Shown piece after piece: positions 60,247 to 64,000 of a DNA stretch of 64,000 bases (the stretch's first letter is position 1; every line of letters starts with the position of its first letter). This DNA is from Escherichia coli (GTDB lineage: Bacteria > Pseudomonadota > Gammaproteobacteria > Enterobacterales > Enterobacteriaceae). The stretch lies in NCBI RefSeq assembly GCF_036507355.1, contig NZ_AP027877.1. One strand, 5' to 3'. The notes under the pieces are model-generated. The model was not told the origin of the DNA, searched no databases, and saw only the letters and a program-made list of their open reading frames with translations. The translations under genes were made by a program, and so were the position numbers.

Positions 60247-61443
60247 TTATGAAGCACTCCTGAGAGCAACCCTTCCAACTTTATCAATATAATCCGCATA
60301 CCACTGCATCATCTCTCTCCTGCCTTCCAAATACAGCGCATGGTTGTACGTCCCGCGAATCGCATTCTTATCGACATGCGCAAGCTGGGTTTCAATCCAT
60401 GCGGTATTGAACCCTTCCTCATGCAAAATCGTACTCATCGTGTGGCGGAAACCATGCCCCGTTACCTTCCCCGTGTACCCAATCCGCTTAAACACCTGAT
60501 TAATACTCGCTTCGCTCATTGTTTTGCGGGGATCATTCCTCCCAGGAAACACCAGAGGATATTGCCCAGACATCACTTTGAGCTGCTGTACGATCTCCAG
60601 CGCTTGGGTAGAGAGGGGCACCAGGTGAGGCCGTTTCATCTTCATGCGCTCTGCAGGTATTTCCCACACCGCTTTTTCAAGATCAAACTCACTCCAGAAA
60701 GCACCTCGAAGCTCACCGGTGCGAACCCCCGTAAGGATCAGCAAACGTGCGGCAAGAACAACCAGCGGGCTGCCTGTATAGCCAGAAAGAGCTTTAAAGA
60801 AATCTGGTAACTCCTCAACGGTAAGGAAGGGATAATGCTTCGATTCATGCCCTGACATCGCGCTGGTTAGATCCGCAGCCGGATTGTATTCCGCACGACC
60901 GGTAACTATGGCGTAGCGAAAGACTTCGCTGCAGCGCTGGCGAACTTTCTTGGCCTTCTCTGTCGCACCACGGCTTTCCATTCGACGCAGTACATTCAAC
61001 AGAACAAGAGGCTTAATTTCATTGACTGGCTGCTGACCGATATAGGGAAAAATATCTTTATTTAAAGCTTCGATAATGTCCGATGCATACCCTTCTGACC
61101 ATCTGCTCACCTTCGTACCGTGCCACTCAAGCGCCACAGACTGGAACGTATTATTGAGCTGCACATCACGAACCAGCTTTTCTTCTTTCTTGGCAAACGA
61201 TGGATCGATACCCTCGGCCAGCTTTTTCTTGGCTTCATCGCGTAGTGCCCTCGCTTGAGCAAGGGACACTGCCGGATAAACGCCAAAAGCCATACGCTTC
61301 TCTTTTCCATTGAAGCGATATTTCATTCGCCAGTATCGAGAACCAGAGGGAACGACTTCAAGATACAAACCAGCACCATCTGCCAGCTTATAGGCTTTCT
61401 CTCTGGGTTTAGCTGCATCTACCTGTCGCGCATTTAGCTTCAT
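60247..61443 (-). CDS. int: P4-type tyrosine integrase (island right end)
   Basis: Start taken at MKLNARQVDAAKP (ATG 61443); boxes VRTGELR, GHGFRHT, RGTYNHALY; paralogous to the integrase at 14127. Confidence 0.9.
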   Translation of the reverse strand: MKLNARQVDAAKPREKAYKLADGAGLYLEVVPSGSRYWRMKYRFNGKEKRMAFGVYPAVSLAQARALRDEAKKKLAEGIDPSFAKKEEKLVRDVQLNNTFQSVALEWHGTKVSRWSEGYASDIIEALNKDIFPYIGQQPVNEIKPLVLLNVLRRMESRGATEKAKKVRQRCSEVFRYAIVTGRAEYNPAADLTSAMSGHESKHYPFLTVEELPDFFKALSGYTGSPLVVLAARLLILTGVRTGELRGAFWSEFDLEKAVWEIPAERMKMKRPHLVPLSTQALEIVQQLKVMSGQYPLVFPGRNDPRKTMSEASINQVFKRIGYTGKVTGHGFRHTMSTILHEEGFNTAWIETQLAHVDKNAIRGTYNHALYLEGRREMMQWYADYIDKVGRVALRSAS

Positions 61444-61606
61444 TGGGGGCATCTCCCTGGACCGAACACAGAATGCCCCCACTTATGCCCCCAACTGTAA
61501 CTTGATTCCGGTTGAGTCCAGTTGATAACAGGAGATAAAATACGGGCTAGAAACCGCAGTATACGGGCTTTTAGTTGATTTCGGTAGACTTGGGAAGAGT
61601 TTGAAA

Positions 61607-61655
61607 TGGTGCCGATAATAGGAGTCGAACCTACGACCTTCGCATTACGAATGCG
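61607..61655 (-). other. thrW: tRNA-Thr(CGU) 3' fragment, 49 nt (anticodon arm to CCA); att-core remnant, not a complete tRNA
   Basis: Reverse complement CGCATTCGTAATGCGAAGGTCGTAGGTTCGACTCCTATTATCGGCACCA folds as anticodon stem-loop (anticodon CGT), T-arm and acceptor 3' strand; 5' half absent. Confidence 0.8.
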
Positions 61656-61768
61656 AGCCAGTTCGAAAATGAGTATAACTATGAGTACATAAAAAACAAA
61701 TAATTAATAAAAATATATTAATCAATATGATATCACATAAGTTACGGTTCAACGTCTAATTAATTTAT

Positions 61769-61849
61769 TGTCTCATGAGGTTTCGCTAAATCTCATGAAG
61801 AGCGCAAAAGTATATAAAATCCACGCAATTGCGTGGATTTTTCATTTCA
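61769..61849. repeat. Right copy of 81-bp imperfect direct repeat bounding the island (putative attR)
   Basis: Matches 13924-14004, with the last 37 bp identical including the palindrome. Confidence 0.8.
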
Positions 61850-62603
61850 CCGAGTCCTAATCATTCTTGTAACATCCTACACTTTTGTGCTTATTGCCTA
61901 CAGTGAACCACGAGAATAATTAAAGACATAAGTGTTCAGATGACGGATATCTCATTAGCAGTGATATAACGTCAGTTTTTGTTCCACTACACATCAGCCC
62001 CCTTCACAGCTGATCAATATTGATCACGCTCCAATATACTGGCGAGAAAAGGACTTACCTGAAGGGTAATATCCCGCAGATAAAGTCCCCGAATAACGTG
62101 ATTACGTGCGATCCTGGCAAGATGAAAATGATAACCAATAGCACGATAATAACGATATGCCAGAACATCCATTGATCAAAAATGAATATCGATGTTTTTT
62201 GCTTTTTCTTATTAGTAATGCAAAAATGGCGCATATTGTTTTTGTTATGCAGATACATCAAGCGAAAATCCCATAACTAATTAGGATTATTACCAAAAAA
62301 TATTCACCAAATTATTTAACCGCTGTTTGTTGTAATGTTTTTGTCATATTCATAGTAACGAATTGGAATAAGTAACGACAACTTAGGGAATAACTCGATC
62401 TAAACTTACCTTTGTAATGGGGATGTTAAATATATATTAATTCCTGTGTTTCTGATTTTACCCGGTAATAGAGAATTATTCTCATAGCAGCTCATCATGA
62501 TTGCACCATACAAATATCATGATGATAAGAGGATATTATTCATTGACTTAAACAAAATGACAAAATTCATAGACCCATAGCCTGGGTACTATATAGGAGT
62601 GGT

Positions 62604-63127
62604 ATGGGCATCAAACAACACAATGGGAATACCAAAGCCGATCGTCTCGCTGAATTAAAAATCCGTTCGCCCTCAATTCAACTGATAAAATTTGGCGCTA
62701 TTGGTTTGAATGCAATTATCTTTTCCCCCCTGCTGATAGCTGCTGATACAGGAAGTCAATATGGCACCAATATTACTATTAATGATGGTGACAGAATTAC
62801 AGGAGATACCGCCGATCCATCAGGAAACCTCTATGGTGTAATGACCCCAGCAGGAAACACGCCTGGCAATATCAACCTGGGTAATGATGTCACCGTCAAT
62901 GTCAACGACGCCTCTGGATATGCAAAAGGAATCATTATTCAGGGCAAAAACAGCTCCCTGACAGCTAACCGACTCACAGTAGATGTTGTTGGTCAAACCT
63001 CTGCCATCGGCATTAATTTAATTGGTGACTATACCCATGCTGACTTAGGCACAGGCAGCACCATTAAGAGTAACGATGACGGCATCATTATTGGGCATAG
63101 CTCAACACTAACAGCCACTCAATTAAC
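62604..63127 (+). pseudogene. Autotransporter/adhesin-like gene, N-terminal 174 codons, truncated by the IS3-family copy at 63128
   Basis: ATG with AGGAG ribosome-binding site; hydrophobic signal-like segment then G/N/T-rich beta-helix-like repeats; reading frame runs into the IS terminus. Confidence 0.5.
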
Positions 63128-64000
63128 TGAATCGCCACGGATAATCTAGACACTTCCGAGCCGTTGATAATACTGGTTTTCATATTCTGTCGGTGACATC
63201 TGATCGCTGGAACCATGCCGACGCTTACTGTTATAAAACATTTCGATGTAATCAAAAATATCGCTGCGGGCTTCTTCCCGCGTTCCGTAGATCTTTTTCT
63301 TTATCCGTTCGCGTTTCAACAACTGGAAAAAGCTTTCTGCAACCGCATTATCATGGCAGTTACCGCGACGGCTCATGCTGCCATCCAGGCCGTGTGATTT
63401 CAGGAACGACTGCCACTCATGGCTTGTGTACTGACTGCCCTGATCCGAATGAACCAGCACCTGTTTTTGGGGATTACGGCGCCATACAGCCATCAGCAGT
63501 GCGTTCAGGACAATGTCCTTTGTCATCCGGGATTGCATGGACCAGCCGATAATTTTGCGTGAGAACAGATCAACAACCACGGCAAGATACAGCCAGCCTT
63601 CGTGGGTCCTGATGTAGGTTATGTCCGTTACCCAACGCTTATCCGGAGCATCCGGATTGAACTGTCGCTGGAGCCTGTTGGGCGACACGATACTGGCCTC
63701 GCCTTTACGTGCCCGCGGGCTCCGGTATCCGACCTGAGCCTTTATCCCGACACGTTTCATCAGTCGCCAGACTCTGTTCACTCCGCACTGTTGCCCGCTG
63801 TCCCGCAGATCCAGATGGATTTTGCGATAACCATAGACGCATCCCGATTCCAGCCAGAACTGTTTAATCTGCCCTGTCAGCCTCAGGTCTGCCTGATGGC
63901 GTTGTGAATGCGGCTGCTGAAGCCAGGCGTAAAAACCACTGGGATGAACATCCAGCACCCGACAGAGCAGGCGAACAGGCCAGCAACAGGTGTTGTCACG
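63128..64000 (-). mobile_element. IS3-family insertion sequence, second copy (partial in window), direct orientation relative to copy at 44-1272
   Basis: Identical to copy 1 from its terminus TGAATCGCCACGG onward; the two flanks differ, so these are separate insertions. Confidence 0.85.
63146..63958 (-). CDS. IS3-family transposase OrfB (copy 2)
   Basis: 270-aa ORF identical to the one at 62-874. Confidence 0.85.
   Translation of the reverse strand: MLDVHPSGFYAWLQQPHSQRHQADLRLTGQIKQFWLESGCVYGYRKIHLDLRDSGQQCGVNRVWRLMKRVGIKAQVGYRSPRARKGEASIVSPNRLQRQFNPDAPDKRWVTDITYIRTHEGWLYLAVVVDLFSRKIIGWSMQSRMTKDIVLNALLMAVWRRNPQKQVLVHSDQGSQYTSHEWQSFLKSHGLDGSMSRRGNCHDNAVAESFFQLLKRERIKKKIYGTREEARSDIFDYIEMFYNSKRRHGSSDQMSPTEYENQYYQRLGSV

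Noticed and set aside
61607-61655. Calling this a functional tRNA-Thr gene
   Set aside because: Only the 3' 49 nt (anticodon arm to CCA) are present; the D-arm and acceptor 5' strand are replaced by unrelated sequence.

Overview
Enterobacterial (Escherichia coli-like) chromosomal segment. Positions 1272-13912 are a conserved housekeeping block collinear with the E. coli K-12 kdsA-ychF region (ldr, kdsA, sirB1, sirB2, prmC, prfA, hemA, lolB, ispE, prs, dauA, ychH, pth, ychF). Downstream of ychF lies a ~48 kb mosaic island (about 13924-61849) bounded by an imperfect 81-bp direct repeat whose last 37 bp are identical and contain the ychF terminator palindrome. The island has an intact-looking P4-type integrase at each end, both reading inward, and a 49-nt tRNA-Thr(CGU) 3' fragment beside the right-hand integrase. 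Its cargo is defence-island-like and heavily IS-damaged: a degenerate IS100-like element, two inverted IS1 copies, a frameshifted IS5, an IS629-like element, a 1300-aa KAP-family P-loop NTPase behind alpA, a CbtA/CbeA-type toxin-antitoxin plus RadC-like module, a type I restriction-modification operon with an extra nuclease-like gene, a four-gene membrane-protein cluster led by a MotA/ExbB-like protein, an arsB/arsC remnant, a SIR2-domain giant reading frame broken by two in-frame stops, and an AT-rich three-gene operon with no recognisable domains. Two identical IS3-family copies in direct orientation bracket the whole window; the right copy truncates an autotransporter-like gene. No rRNA, complete tRNA or CRISPR array was seen. 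All functional calls rest on motif and family recognition by eye; no database search was run. The most likely candidates for an undescribed system are the membrane cluster at 42831-50003, the three-gene operon at 55041-59843 and the alpA-linked KAP NTPase.
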